From the NCBI RefSeq assembly GCF_009914755.1, contig NC_060936.1: a stretch of DNA of 64,000 bases; one strand, given 5' to 3'. The position numbers and the translations under genes were made by a program. Source of the stretch: the human T2T-CHM13v2.0 reference genome, Homo sapiens. This document shows, one piece after another, positions 1-14,029 of the stretch (position 1 is the first letter of the stretch; the number at the start of each line of letters is the position of its first letter). The notes beneath the pieces were generated by a model that had not been told where the DNA came from, did no database searches, and worked only from the letters and a program-made list of their open reading frames with translations.

Positions 1-300
1 TTCTTTTCTTTTTAGACACAGGGTCTCATTCTGTTGCCCAGTCAGGAGTGTGGTGGCAAGATCATAGTTCACTATAATCTCAAACTATTGGAAACAAGGG
101 ATCCTCAGCCTTACTCAGCCTCCCAAGTAGTAAGAACTATAGGCACGTGCCACCGGGCCTGGCTTTTTTTTTTTTTTTTTTTTTGTAGAAAAGTCTCACT
201 ATGTTGCCAAGGCTGGTTTTGAACTCCTGGCCTCAAGCAATCCTCCCTCCTCAGCCATCCAAAGTCCTAGGATTACAGCTGTGAGCCACCACACCCAGCC
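1..300 (-). mobile_element. AluJ
   Basis: Diverged antisense Alu dimer with internal poly-T. Confidence 0.9.
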
Positions 301-302
301 AC

Positions 303-670
303 CACAAGGTTTTTGTATCTGCTGTTCTTTGCCTAAAACACTCTTCCTTATGGTTCACTCTCTCACTTCTTGCAGGTTTCTTTGTTTAAATGCCATTTTA
401 TCAAATAGATCTTCCCTGACCATCCTAGCTACAAATAGCAAAATAGCAACTTGCCTCCTCCCATTCTTTTATTCATCTTTTTACCAACTACTTTTTTTTC
501 CAAGACACTTAACACCTGACACACACATTTGTTTATATCCCCACATGTAAGTATAGTATATTATATCCCCAAATAGAAGCGCTCCATAAGCAGTTTGTTT
601 TGTTCAGTGAGGTATTCCCAACACCTAGAAGAGTGCCTATCACAGGAGGTGCCTATCACAGTAGGTGCTC
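303..670 (+). mobile_element. L2 3' fragment
   Basis: Resembles L2 3' end (GTGCCT..CACAGTAGGTGCTC). Confidence 0.65.
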
Positions 671-938
671 CTTAGACACTTAAGAATTGTGGACTGGCAG
701 AGATAAGGAGCTAACTTTATCATCAAGCAAACAGACTCTTTATAGTATAATAAAGCAATAAAGGCATGAAGGCTTAATTCACTTCCCTGAAGACATAACT
801 AACAAAGGAGTATTAGACTGAAGATCTTCCACTTCCAGAAACAACATAAGTTCTCATCAATGAACTACATAAATGAACCCAACTATAGACATAATAAATT
901 GCCATCCCTATTATTTTTATTAAATGTTATAGTACCAT

Positions 939-1157
939 TGTGTTAGTCCATTCTCACACTGCTATAAACAACTGCCCGAGACTGGGTGATTTATAAAAAG
1001 AGGTTTAACTGACTCACAGTTCCACATGGCTGAGAAGGCCTCAGGAAACTTACAATCATGGCAGAAGGCAAAGGGGAAGCAGGGACCTTCTTCACATGGT
1101 GGCAGGACAGAGAAGAGTGAGCAAGAGCAGGGAAAATTGCCTTATAAAACCACCAGA
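939..1157 (-). mobile_element. MaLR LTR fragment (THE1D/MSTA-like)
   Basis: TGTGTTAGTCCATTCTCACACTGCTATAA...GACTCACAGTTCCACATGGCTG signature. Confidence 0.85.
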
Positions 1158-1698
1158 AGTGCTTTTTAAAGTCATTGTATCACCTTTTATCACTCACTTA
1201 GCATCATAAAACAAGCACAAAGAAAAACAAGTTGTGTTACTTAAGTGACACCATTCTCCTTTTCTTAGTTAGCTTCCAAGCAGATCAGCAATCTAAATTT
1301 GACTTTCAGTAATTCAATGGTAATAAAGTATTCCCTCCATCATTCAAGTTAGGTCCAACTCAGGTTATAAAAACTAGTCCCTTCAGACCAATTGCTTGTA
1401 CATTTCTACAGGCACCTTTTTGGCAAACCCACATGGATTTTAAGAAATGGAGAATGAGGAGACAGGAAAATATTAATAAGATGTATCAAACTGTGACAAT
1501 ATGTGAAGAGTACTGTGTATATACAAACAGGAAACAATTGAAAGCCTTCAACATGTGTGGGTTGGGGGAGAGATAACTGAATTAACAGGCCATGTAGTAA
1601 AACTTAAAATCAAATCCAGTAGTCTTGAAGGTATAGTAATTGTTTAGTTTTGAAGGTATAGTAATTAAGTACTGCGCACTAAAAAAAACTGACCAAAA

Positions 1699-2000
1699 GG
1701 CCGGGTGCGGTGGCTCACGCCTGTAATCCCAGCACTTTGGGAAGCCGAGGCAGGCAGATCACGAGGTCAGGAGATCGAGACCATCCTGGCTAACACGGTG
1801 AAACCCCATCTCTACTAAATATACAAAAAATTAGCCAGGCATGGTGGTGGGCACCTGTAGTCCCAGCTACTCAGGCGGCTGAGGCAGGAGAATGGCGTGA
1901 ACCCAGGAGGCGGAGCTTGCAGTGAGCCGAGATCGCGCCACTGCACTCCAGCCTGGGCAAGAGAGCAAGACTCCTTCTCAAAAAAAAAAAAAAAAAAAAA
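1699..2000 (+). mobile_element. AluY with target-site duplication
   Basis: AluY diagnostics (GAGATCGAGACCATCCTGGCTAACACGG; GGCGTGAACC; GGAGCTTGCAG); flanking direct repeat AAAACTGACCAAAA. Confidence 0.95.
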
Positions 2001-2536
2001 ACTGACCAAAAAATACACAGAAATTGACAAATCTGTTCCTTAAAATTTTTCTTTTCTAAACAAAAATTTTTGTTGTGGACTGTATCTGAGGCACTATATT
2101 CTCTAAGAAGAGAAAAAAAAACTGTACTCCTTCAGCTGAAATAACATTCTAATTTCTCTGATATTCACCCCCAATTAAACTAGGTGGTATCAGAAAATGA
2201 AAAGCACTTAATATATTTAAGAAAATACCATAGTGAAAAAAAATCACTATAAATTATCTATTTTAAGCAAAACTATTTGATGTTGCTCAAACAACATAGC
2301 AAAACTAGATCATTTCACTTTATTATTTGTTAAAAATCATCTCCCTTCGTCACACACTGAATCTATGAAGTAATTAATAATGAATACAATGAATGCTTAT
2401 ATGTATTAGGATCATGGCAAATCTATAAAGGCTGAAAGGCTTGGGTTCAGCCAATGAAGTTAATATTGTATTATAAGATTTCTAAAAATGTTATATCCAC
2501 CTAGAAACTACGGCAGTATTGGATTTTTGTTTTAAC

Positions 2537-2642
2537 CTGTCCGGACCCATTTCCCCTTCCTCTGTTAACATCCACCTTGATCTTCTTTTGGGAAAGGAAC
2601 ATCCCTCCTCCAACATATGCAATCTTGGTACTCCACGCTCTC
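2537..2642 (-). other. Candidate 106-nt cassette exon in intron 1
   Basis: Pyrimidine tract plus CTAG| acceptor, purine-rich body, weak donor CAG|GTTAAA. Confidence 0.25.
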
Positions 2643-4372
2643 CTAGCAAAAGGAGTGGACAAAAAAAAAAAGAGCCAGACCAATCAGTCCATGCCTGTCT
2701 CTCTCTCTCTGATAAATGTGAATCACAAGCAGAGTGATCACGTGAATGAAAAACAATCACAAAAAAAACTATCCTAATGGGGGCTCCACAAAGATTGTTG
2801 CTTTCTGCTCTCTAGATCCCTAAAGCTGTTCAAATGTCTACTATTTCTAAAACTCCATTTTTCATCTTGGAAGAAAATGAGCTTATCATCCTAGTAAATC
2901 ATTTAAGTTACCCAAACCTTTCTATTACTTGAACCGAAAAACCCTAAATTGATATAGGTACTATTTAACACATTTGTAACCAAAATAGTCTACCTTTGAA
3001 TAAGGAAATAAAATAAAAATTAACTTCAAAATATTTTTAAATGAATTTACAAAAGTAAAATCAATGTCAGACATAGAACATTTTAAAACACCATATATCC
3101 TATCATAAGAAAAAAATACAATAGCATAGTATTCATTTATGTGTTTCTTGCTAGGTTTTTAAACTCCATTACATAAGACCTATCCTATAACCATATGCAA
3201 GAACCAGGTTTTTTTTAAGACCAGGTTTTGATAATAATCATAAGGAGAAAAAAATGTTTACTCAGGAATGTAATCTCTTCTTCAATTTTCATTTGGATCC
3301 TACTACTCAAGGTGCCTTCTCTGGAGCTCCTGCTTCATTTCCTCTTACCCACTATCAAATGAAGGATTTGCGGTAAACTTCATGATTAGGACTAAGAAGA
3401 AAAACATTTCTAAAAATATCTATTTGAGCAGCTGACTGATGTTTCCATTTGTCTGACTGATCTTGCAATCCACTGAAGTCTTTATGAGGCAAACACAGGA
3501 GCAGACACAAACAAGTGATGACCAGCCCTCCAAAAGCACTTAACAACGATCAGTCTATATCAACAACTTAAAGGCGAGAAACTCAAGCGCTCAGAAATGA
3601 GATTATTAACCTCATCTCCACCTCATTACCTACCGGTTTTCCAAAATTCTAAGCTGTTATCAAGTGCAAAGCTTAGAAATGTCTTTCAAAGGACAAATGT
3701 GATTTCAGTAGGAAAAAAAATACATCTATATTCCTACTATAGCCTGGGACTTACTATTCATCAAAACAAGTTAATTCAAATGCATAACCAACATCTATAG
3801 TCATTTCCAGTAGGTGAGAAATGAGGCAAAATAAACAGAAGATAAAATCTCTATCTAGGAAAGCACACGATTTAATCGGAAAGACCAAAAATACACGTGA
3901 AATAAAACATTCATATATAATCAATATTATAATTGAATATGCTACATTTTACCTTTTCTCCTAATATTTTTACTGTAAACTAAAGTGGTTTAAGAAGGGG
4001 AAAATACCTGAGTGCTATTTTGAAACCAGGAACTGTATTCATTAATGAGATTTTTTAAATGTCCATTTATATGTAGTCAGAAACAAAATTAAATGCAATT
4101 TTTATCTAACATTTTTCTTCAATTCAACATGTTCCCAATTAACACACACTATAGTTTGGCAACTGCCATTACAGTACCTCAAATGTTCCTGCAAAAGACT
4201 GCTTCAGGCAAGGATAGGAATGTTTCTGTTAAAGAATGGGCGAAGAAGGAAAAGAAACACAATTTTAAATTGAAAAGTGTTACAATTTCATTTCCTGTCA
4301 AGTATCAGACGTGGTATTTAAACACAGGGCTTCTGGTACACACTTTTGTTGCTGCAACCCCAATTTACTGAC

Positions 4373-4507
4373 CTTGTCAAAAATCATATACTATTGGAAT
4401 CTAGAGTTGCTTACTACCAATAACGGGCTAAAGAAGAATACCAATTGCTGTCTAATTCCTTCCGACTAGCTGAAAGTACTTTGCTTCTTCCTTAATATAT
4501 ACAATAT
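4373..4507 (-). other. Candidate 135-nt alternative non-coding (5'UTR) cassette exon in intron 1
   Basis: Minus strand TTATTTTCCAATGCAG| acceptor and AAG|GTCAGT donor in unique sequence. Confidence 0.4.
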
Positions 4508-4669
4508 CTGCATTGGAAAATAACAAGCAGGAAGTCCCTGGTGGTGGCAACATCTTGGAAAGCAGAAACTCACAAAAAGAAACAAATGAAAAACAAAAAT
4601 CAGCAACACATACACACAAGCAATGAGGTCAAGAGAGTAAACTATGCAAAGTTTTTTTACTATTTTCGA

Positions 4670-5995
4670 GATGATGTTGGTTTGGAAGATTTACACTACC
4701 TTCAAAACTTACAAAAACATTCAAAATAATGTGGTACTAGCATACCGCACATATATCAATGGAATAGAATAAGGAGTCTAGAAATGGACCCATAAACAGA
4801 GTCAATTAATTTTCAACAAAACTGCCAAGGAAACCCACTGGGAAAAAGAAAATACTTTCAGTAAAAACTGGATATTCATTAAAAACAACAAGAACAACCA
4901 AAACAGCCTGGCTTTTATACTAAACAAAAATTAACTCAAAATGAATCACAAATCTAAATACAAAAGCCAACATTATAAAACTTCTAGAATAAAAATGGGA
5001 AAATAAAAATTTGTAGACAAAAAAATTCTTAAGATATGCAAAAAATATAAACCATGAAAGAAAACAGATATGCTAAATTTCAAAAAATTAAATTACTTCT
5101 CTTTAAAAAGTTTTTAAAAAAGGCAAGACATAAACTGTTAGAAAATATGCACAACACATATATTAGACAAATGACTCAGATTCTGACTATATAAAGAACC
5201 TTCAATAAGAAATCAATAAGAAAACAATTTTTTAAATGAATAAAAGATTTAAACAATTTACAAAAAAAAATACAAATGGCTAATAAATCCAAGAAAAGAT
5301 GCTTACTACCACAGTCATCAGCGAAACGCAAATGAAAAACCACAATGAGATACTATTACACAACCACTAGAATGTTAATTAAATTTTTTTAACTGAAAAT
5401 GTAAGTGTTGATGAGAAGGGGAGCAACTGGAACTCTCATACATTGCTGGTGAGATGCAAAATGGTACAGCTACTCTTAAGTATTTACCAAAGAAAAATGG
5501 AAACATGTCCACTCAAAAATTTGTACATGGATGTTCACAGTAGCTTCATTTACAATAACCGAAAATTACAAACAAGTCAAATGTCTATCAAAAGGTGAAT
5601 GGATAAACAAATTGGATATTCATTACAATACTGTAATAGTATTCCTATACCATGGAATACTATCCCAAAATAAAAAGGAATAATCTCAAAAATATGCAGG
5701 GCAAAATAAACCAGACAAGAGTACATACTCTATGATTCCGTTCATATGAAATCTTAGAACAGACAAAAGCAATCCACAGTAACAGAACCCGAATCAGTCA
5801 TTGTCTGACATAGAGTAGGAAAGGGAAAGATTAAGTTCAAAGGGCACAAGAGAATTTTGGGGACTGATGGAAAGTTCTATATCTGTATCTATTGTGGTAG
5901 CAGTAACATGGGTGTATACATCTGTCAAAATGAATCAAACTATGTACTTAAAATGGTTTCATTTTATTCAGGTGTAAATTATACCTGAATAAAGT
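4670..5995 (+). mobile_element. Old L1 (L1ME-type) ORF2 3' part and 3'UTR
   Basis: Typical L1 motifs (CCACAATGAGATAC, GAATGGATAAACAAATTG, TGTAAATTATACCT..AATAAAG). Confidence 0.85.
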
Positions 5996-6148
5996 AGTTT
6001 GGGTTTTTTTTAGTATTTTTTTTAAGTGATATTGGGGGGGTGTGAGGTGGAAAGCAGGAAAGACTACAGAAGTAGCGAAAGGCAAAATGATGCTGTTTAA
6101 GTAACAATGTTTAAAATCAGAAAAAATGTAAAAAATCTAGCACAACTA

Positions 6149-6320
6149 GGCCTGGTGTGGTGGCTCACACTTGTAATCCTAGCGCTTTGGGAAGGCGAGT
6201 CGGGCAGATCACCTGAGGTCAAAAGTTAGAGACCTGCCTGGCCAACATGGTGAAACTAAAAATACCAAATACTAAATACTAAAATACTAAATATTAAATA
6301 CTAAAAATACCAAAAAAAAA
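6149..6320 (+). mobile_element. Alu left arm only, with (AAATACT)n tail
   Basis: Left monomer followed by an expanded linker repeat; degenerate flanking direct repeat. Confidence 0.85.
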
Positions 6321-7570
6321 ATCAAGCCCAACTAAAACCAAGAGTGTAACTGAGATAATTAATTTTGTCTGTAAAAATGGGAATAACTCACAGGATAGCT
6401 GTAAAAAATAGATGAGATAGTTAATCTTATCACTGTACTACTTAACACTATGTATGCTGGTAAATTACAGCAACACAATTCATATTAGTTGAATTTGTAT
6501 CTACCCATGGTAAGTGTTAAGGTGAAGCAAAGAAAATAAGTAAAAGTAACATGGAATAAATCCTGAAAGAATTTCTAGAGGAAATTATCTTAAGATGCCA
6601 CTTTTGAAAAGAGAAAAGGAAATGGGTGGAAAGGAAGGAGAGACCTACAGGTGGAGGGAATGGTAATGTGCAGAAGAACGGAGGCGGAAAGGAGCAAGTC
6701 ATATGTATGAGATGGCAAAATTAGCATGCCTGTGGCAGCAAATCCATATATAGGAGTATCAAAAAAAAAAAAAAAAAAACGAGTAATCTTCCCATCTGAC
6801 GCGAACACTCATTTAAATGTTACAGTAGGACCCAGAAATGTAACTTCATCCAGTGGATGCTATGATACATGATAAATATATTCAACCATTTAAAACAGAG
6901 AAAAATAAAAAGTTCTATCTTTGTGTTTAAAAAATGAGAATGCTTACAATTACCAGCTTCAGTCTCTTGGAGGTTAGCCACAGTTCTTCCCAAAAGAAAA
7001 AAAAATTATAATTATTAAAATATAATTATAGCTAAGCAACATATGGACTTGCTGTGCAGCTGTCCCTGTGCTTCTGAAACTATGAAAGCCTTTACATTTT
7101 GCAAAGTCTGATTTCTATAAATGACTGGTATTTGGAAAATAAGATACAAGAAAATCTGCCCAAGTAACTAATCAGCTACAACAAGAATTATTTCATAGCA
7201 TACTACTTAAAAGGTATCAAGACACTAAAATTGTATTTCAACAGACATAGTATGACCAAGATCAGGATTCCTGGGCATTTATAACTTTAAACTGTTTTTA
7301 CATTTATACATTTAAACGTGTTTAATTAAAGAATGCAGGGTTACCACTGTTATGATGTGCAAACTAACTTAAATCTTAAGATTTTGCTTATAGAACAGTG
7401 TTTCATATACAGAAAAGTATTATTTTCAATGTCTTATCACTGAGAAGAGATAACAAAGATAATAGTTATAGTAATAACTTGAGCAAATTAAGTTCTCTGA
7501 ATGAGAGAAATCTACAGAAATGTACGATGAGAGAGATTCACAATGAGAAATAAAATATTAAAGGACAACA

Positions 7571-7958
<388 letters not shown>

Positions 7959-8608
7959 TTAATTTAAGTCTCTTTATTGAGAAAGGCTGTTATATAGTGG
8001 CAGTCAGCTAACTAACAAGGTTTTATCTGCTCCATCTACATCAAGGCCATACCAATTAGAGACCTTGACTCAGAGTAGAGAATGTAGAGGTTAAAGAATA
8101 ACCTTAACGACTTTTGCTTTTTGAACCCATATATTATACATCAATGTAGTCACTAAAATATTTACAAACACATAAAAATTTGATGTGTTATATTGCTCAG
8201 AATCATGAATAATTTTTCTTTTCATGATAGTATTTTACACTATTAAATACTTTTTAAACCACTAACTATATATTCACTAAAAGTATATATTTATTCCTAT
8301 TTTAAGAAACACAAATTGGAAAACAATTCTTAATAATAAGATTAGCAATAAAACACTAGTCAAGACCTGTCACTAACTTTTGTTTTTTTGTTGAAAGAAG
8401 ATTTTAGGAATGTGACACAGCTATAGATTATTTTTAAATGAGGATTATGAAATATTTTAAATCAAACACCTGTAAGAATGATTAAAGGGATGACAGGCAA
8501 CATGAGAGCAAGCCCTTTAAGTATAGTTCAAAGGCTTTATCATTGTAAACAAACTTATTTAAAGGTAAGAAATTTGTCTATGGGACATCTATATTATTCA
8601 GAACTTTG

Positions 8609-8910
8609 AGACCCAGTGCAGTGGCTCACACCTGTAATCCCAGCACTTTGGGAGGCCAAGGCAGGCAGATCACTAGAGGTCAGGAGTTTGAGACCAGCCT
8701 GGCCAACACGGTGAAATCCCATCTCTACTAAAAATACAAACATTAGCCGGCTGTGGTGGCACATGTCTGTAGTCCCAGCTACTCGGGAGGCTGAGGCAGG
8801 AGGCTGAACCTGGGAGGCAGAGGCTGCAGTGAGCCAAGATCACAACACTGCACTCCAGCCTGGGTGACACACCAAGACTCCATCTCAAAAAAAAAGAAAA
8901 AAAGAAAAAA
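8609..8910 (+). mobile_element. AluS
   Basis: Alu dimer with A-rich tail. Confidence 0.92.
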
Positions 8911-9621
8911 GATTAGAACTTCGAGGATGAAGTTCAAAATTGAAAGGAATAAAAAAGGAATGAGAAGTCCTAAGAGCCTGCTATTAAATAACTGGGGGGG
9001 GGGGAGGGGGAGGGTAAGTATCCTGAATCTCTTACTTAGGGTAGGAAGTATATTTTGAACCACCTACCTTAAAACCATGCCACCCAACAGCCACACAGAG
9101 AAAAAAAAAAGACAGATATCAACTTTTTTAAAAGTAAATTTAAATTAAAGCTCTGCCTAGGGAAGCCATTGTTGGAGTCATTCATTTTCTCAATATTCTT
9201 CTCTATGCGTATTTATGTCTCTGTTTTAATAAAACCCTATGCAGAAAAAATAAGTAAAATTTTTAAGTGTTTAAGCAAAAAGTCAAAAAGGGCAAAGAAA
9301 TTTAAACATATGTAAAGGTAACAAGAAAATATTAGAAAAATAAATGCCAAAGTTTAAGAATAAGAGTGTACAAAATGTCAATGTACTAAGAAGACTATGG
9401 ACAAAGATAAAAACAGATAAAAATAAAAGGAAATACAAATGAAAAACTAAAACAAAATAACATCAGCAACTTAAGACACTGAAAGCAAGAAAACAAAAGC
9501 CATCTTTCAATCAACGTAATATTAATAATGTAGCAATGCTAATTCAAAAAATGAACACCTTTACCCAAACACTCTTCAAAGACTGCTTTTCCCTCCTAAG
9601 ATTTTTCATGAAAACTTTAGT

Positions 9622-10430
9622 TAGCAAATAATCTCACGATAAAAAGCCGAAGAGTGAAGAGCACAGCTCCTGGTCTCATACCAATGGCTACTATCCCTAG
9701 TGCTCCGGCTTTTCTAAGACACTTATACAAGAAGATAGCACGATCCCTCAAAGAATGCTGAGCAGGCCGTAAGTGCCATTTGTCTAACTTCCCATGAGCA
9801 GTCAACGGGTACAACCAAACATAGACCCATACACATCCCACATCCCCTAAAAAAGTAGTCTGGATTTTCAGTCAGAAAACAGTCGGCTTCAAGGAAGCTT
9901 CTTTTTTTAGGTCATTGTTATCTTAAAAGCAGTAGGCATGCCTGCTGAGTATACCAGTAAATGATAAGAAATCATCTTTTTGAATCTTGTTTCTAACATC
10001 CTTCCTCCCCCGATCATTGTGTTTTTAACTTGGCAAAGCTTATCCCCTTAAGTGTTCACAGCTAGATTGAGATCATTACTTTTCATATAAAATTCTAGAA
10101 AACATCTGCACTTTGAAATCCTGGCATTCCTTAACAGCATTCTAGAGCTATCAAGACACTTCAAGTCAACCTCTCAAAAACCATAAATTTTAGAGATCAC
10201 AAAATGAACACAAAAGGGTTAAGTGACTACTTGCCCAAGATCCCAGGGCAAGAGACCAGAACCAAGGTCTCTTGAGTCTAAGTCTAAGGTTGTAAGAATA
10301 AAATACACGCAATCAATGGGAGGAATTATTAGGAATCTGACTTTTAGATTTAAGATGTATTGATTGGTAGAAAAACTGCAAAACAACATTACAATAGAAT
10401 ACGAGTTCTGTTTTTAAAAAAATTATATAG

Positions 10431-10472
<42 letters not shown>

Positions 10473-11058
10473 AGAGAGAGAAATCTAGAAGAATAACACC
10501 AAACTGCTAACAAGGTGGGCTATTTCAGACATAAAGTGGTGGCAACAGAAGCCAACTTAATGAGTTTTTATAGCTGCTGGAATTTATATTGAGCACACAT
10601 TGATATAATAATCATATTTTTTCTTTAAAAAAAAAAAAACTTCAGACAAGCAAACACATTTCAAGCAGAAAATTATCCCAAAATGGCTTAAGTCTCTCTC
10701 ACACACACATACACATGCACACAACTCCAAATATATTATTTGTAATTGAGATTAACCTTGAAATTACTTTTCACATCAAATGTGGTCTTCCCTTAAGAAG
10801 AGCAAAACCTTAACATATTAGAATTATTCTAACAAGTTACAGCAATCAAGAAAAGTAAAAGTCTGAATTATAAAATGCATTTAAAAACATTTTTCCTTTA
10901 GATACATAGTAGTAACAGAAAAAGAAAACACAGCTAGCAAATAATCTCAGGGTAGACCAAAAAGAGCAGAGCTCCTGATCTTTCATACCAACGGCTACTA
11001 TCCCTAGTGCCCCAGCTTCTCTAAGACACATAACGCAAGAAGATGGCACAATTCCTTA
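9622..11058. repeat. Dispersed ~125-bp direct duplication (9622-9750 and 10935-11058)
   Basis: Shared TAGCAAATAATCTCA...GGCTACTATCCCTAGTGC...CTAAGACAC...CAAGAAGAT; roughly 75-80% identical by eye. Confidence 0.9.
10433..10470. repeat. (TG)n microsatellite
   Basis: Direct observation. Confidence 0.97.
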
Positions 11059-11139
11059 CACCATAATGGTAAATCTACAGTAGCAATAGAAAGTATTTGT
11101 AATAAATAAGTATTTGCAATTTAAAAATTATTTAGATGT

Positions 11140-12212
<1,073 letters not shown>

Positions 12213-12386
12213 TTAACCAATCCTTTGACTCTTTCACTAGCTCTCCCTCTATCTCAGGGTTTCATTCTAGTAGAGATGCTTCTCTTCATCACACTCTCCA
12301 CTACCACCTTCAGTGCAGGTACTGTCCATATCACCAGTCTAGAACTTTCTCTTGCATTCAAAAACCATATATCTAATGACCTAGAG

Positions 12387-12551
12387 CAGAGTTTTAAAAA
12401 CTTTAGGATGCATCACAATCATCTGGAGGGCTTGCTCCAAAACAGATTTCTGACACCCACCCCCAAAGTGTCTGATTCTACAGGTCTGGGGTGGAGTCCA
12501 ATAATCTGCATTTCTACTAAGTTCCCAAGTGATGTACTTTTAGAACCACTG
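12387..12551. mobile_element. MER5A (hAT-Charlie MITE) inserted in an L2 relic (~12200-13170)
   Basis: Matches recalled MER5A consensus; imperfect 8-bp TSD ACCTAGAG/GCCTACAG. Confidence 0.85.
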
Positions 12552-12982
12552 GCCTACAGGATTCTCCCCTTGGATGAACCACAGGTACTCTAAACTGTCT
12601 CCCAGCATCTACCCTCATCACCCTCCAAACCACTACTCACTTAGCATCCAGAGAGATCAATCTAAACCTGACCATTTCACTCCTTTGTTTAAAATTCCCT
12701 AATAGTTTTCAAGAGACTTGAAGACAAAAAGCAAAATCCTTAACATGGTCTCAGGCCTCACATGATCCAGTCCCTACCTCCTATACCACAATGTTATCTT
12801 TCTCATATTTTTTAAAACACTCCAGTCACAGTGAACTCTTTCAGTTCTTAGCAAAGCCCAAGTTCCTTGATCTTCCAAAATCTTTAAACAAGATGTTCTG
12901 CGAGAAATATTCTTTTCTCCTTCAGATCATCACCTTCTTTGGCTCCCCTCCCCGACTAGGTGTGCATATTCTTATATTGCCC

Positions 12983-13501
12983 TATATTTCTTCCTCTCAG
13001 CACTTCCCACAATGGTAATTACATAGTGAATTGTGCAATTAGGAGTTTACTGTCGATCTTCTACCACTTCCCATACAAAAGCTCGAAGAGGTCAGCAAGC
13101 ACATCTGCCTAGCTCCTACTGAATTTTCAGCCGCTTACATAGTAACTTGCACTGAAATCTATTGAATTAATGGTCTTGTAACATTAAATTATTCTGGAAC
13201 CTCAAAGGGGAAAGTATTATTAAAAAGGTCCTAGAGGCATTTTTCAGTATCCTTTAATTTTTACAAATGAGGACACTTCATTAAAGTCCACCATCTGGGA
13301 GTTTAAAACAAGAAAAATAATACCTTCAAAATAGAAAATGAAATCTCCCTATCACAAGCTCCTCTGCAACAAGATATATAAATATGTTATCATACATATT
13401 ACATATATATTTCTTCCTCTCAGCACTTCCCACAATGGTAATTACATAGTGAATTGTGCAATTAGGAGTTTACTGTCGATTTTCTACCACTCCCCACACA
13501 A
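12983..13501. repeat. 96-bp near-perfect non-tandem direct duplication (12983-13078 and 13406-13501)
   Basis: Three mismatches; offset 423 bp. Confidence 0.95.
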
Positions 13502-13560
13502 GTTTATTATCTACACCAAGTATAGCACTGATATCCAAAAGCCATTCAGTCACATATAAT

Positions 13561-13835
13561 GCTAAGATAATTTTTGCAAAAAAATTTAACTTAGATATAA
13601 GCCTGCATCAAAGAGTGCACTCCAATGGGGTAGCTGCCTGGAATTAAACTTAGCCATGGATAACCACAAACTACATAACTATTAATACAACTAATAATTA
13701 AATAAGCTAAGATAATTATTCACAAAAAGTTTAACTTACATGTAAGTCTGCATCAAAGAGTATACTCTGACAGGGTAGCTGCCCAGAATTAAACCTAGCT
13801 AGGGATAACCACAAATTACATAATAAATATTCATA
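13561..13835. repeat. Diverged tandem duplication, period 145 bp
   Basis: GCTAAGATAATT...CTGCATCAAAGAGT...GGATAACCACAAA repeated at 13561 and 13706. Confidence 0.9.
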
Positions 13836-14029
13836 TAAACCAGAATTAAATTACCATTCAAATCTATGTAAATATTGTTCTATAGATTTTGATCTTCTTT
13901 AACATACGAAGAATAATTCATTCGCCAACACTTTTCTCTACAGCACAGTGCCAAATCACAGTAGCACCAACACGTGGGAAACAGAACAGGTGTAACACTC
14001 AGGATATAACTTTAATACAGCAGAATTAA

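Noticed and set aside
8994-9019. G-run with an adjacent GTAAGT
   Set aside because: Simple G tract next to an Alu tail; the donor is antisense to the host gene and has no partner acceptor.
9622-11058. Duplicated module as a snoRNA, hammerhead ribozyme or coding exon pair
   Set aside because: No C/D or properly placed H/ACA boxes and no CUGAUGA core; the two ORFs diverge by a frameshift. Kept only as a micro-exon/structure hypothesis.
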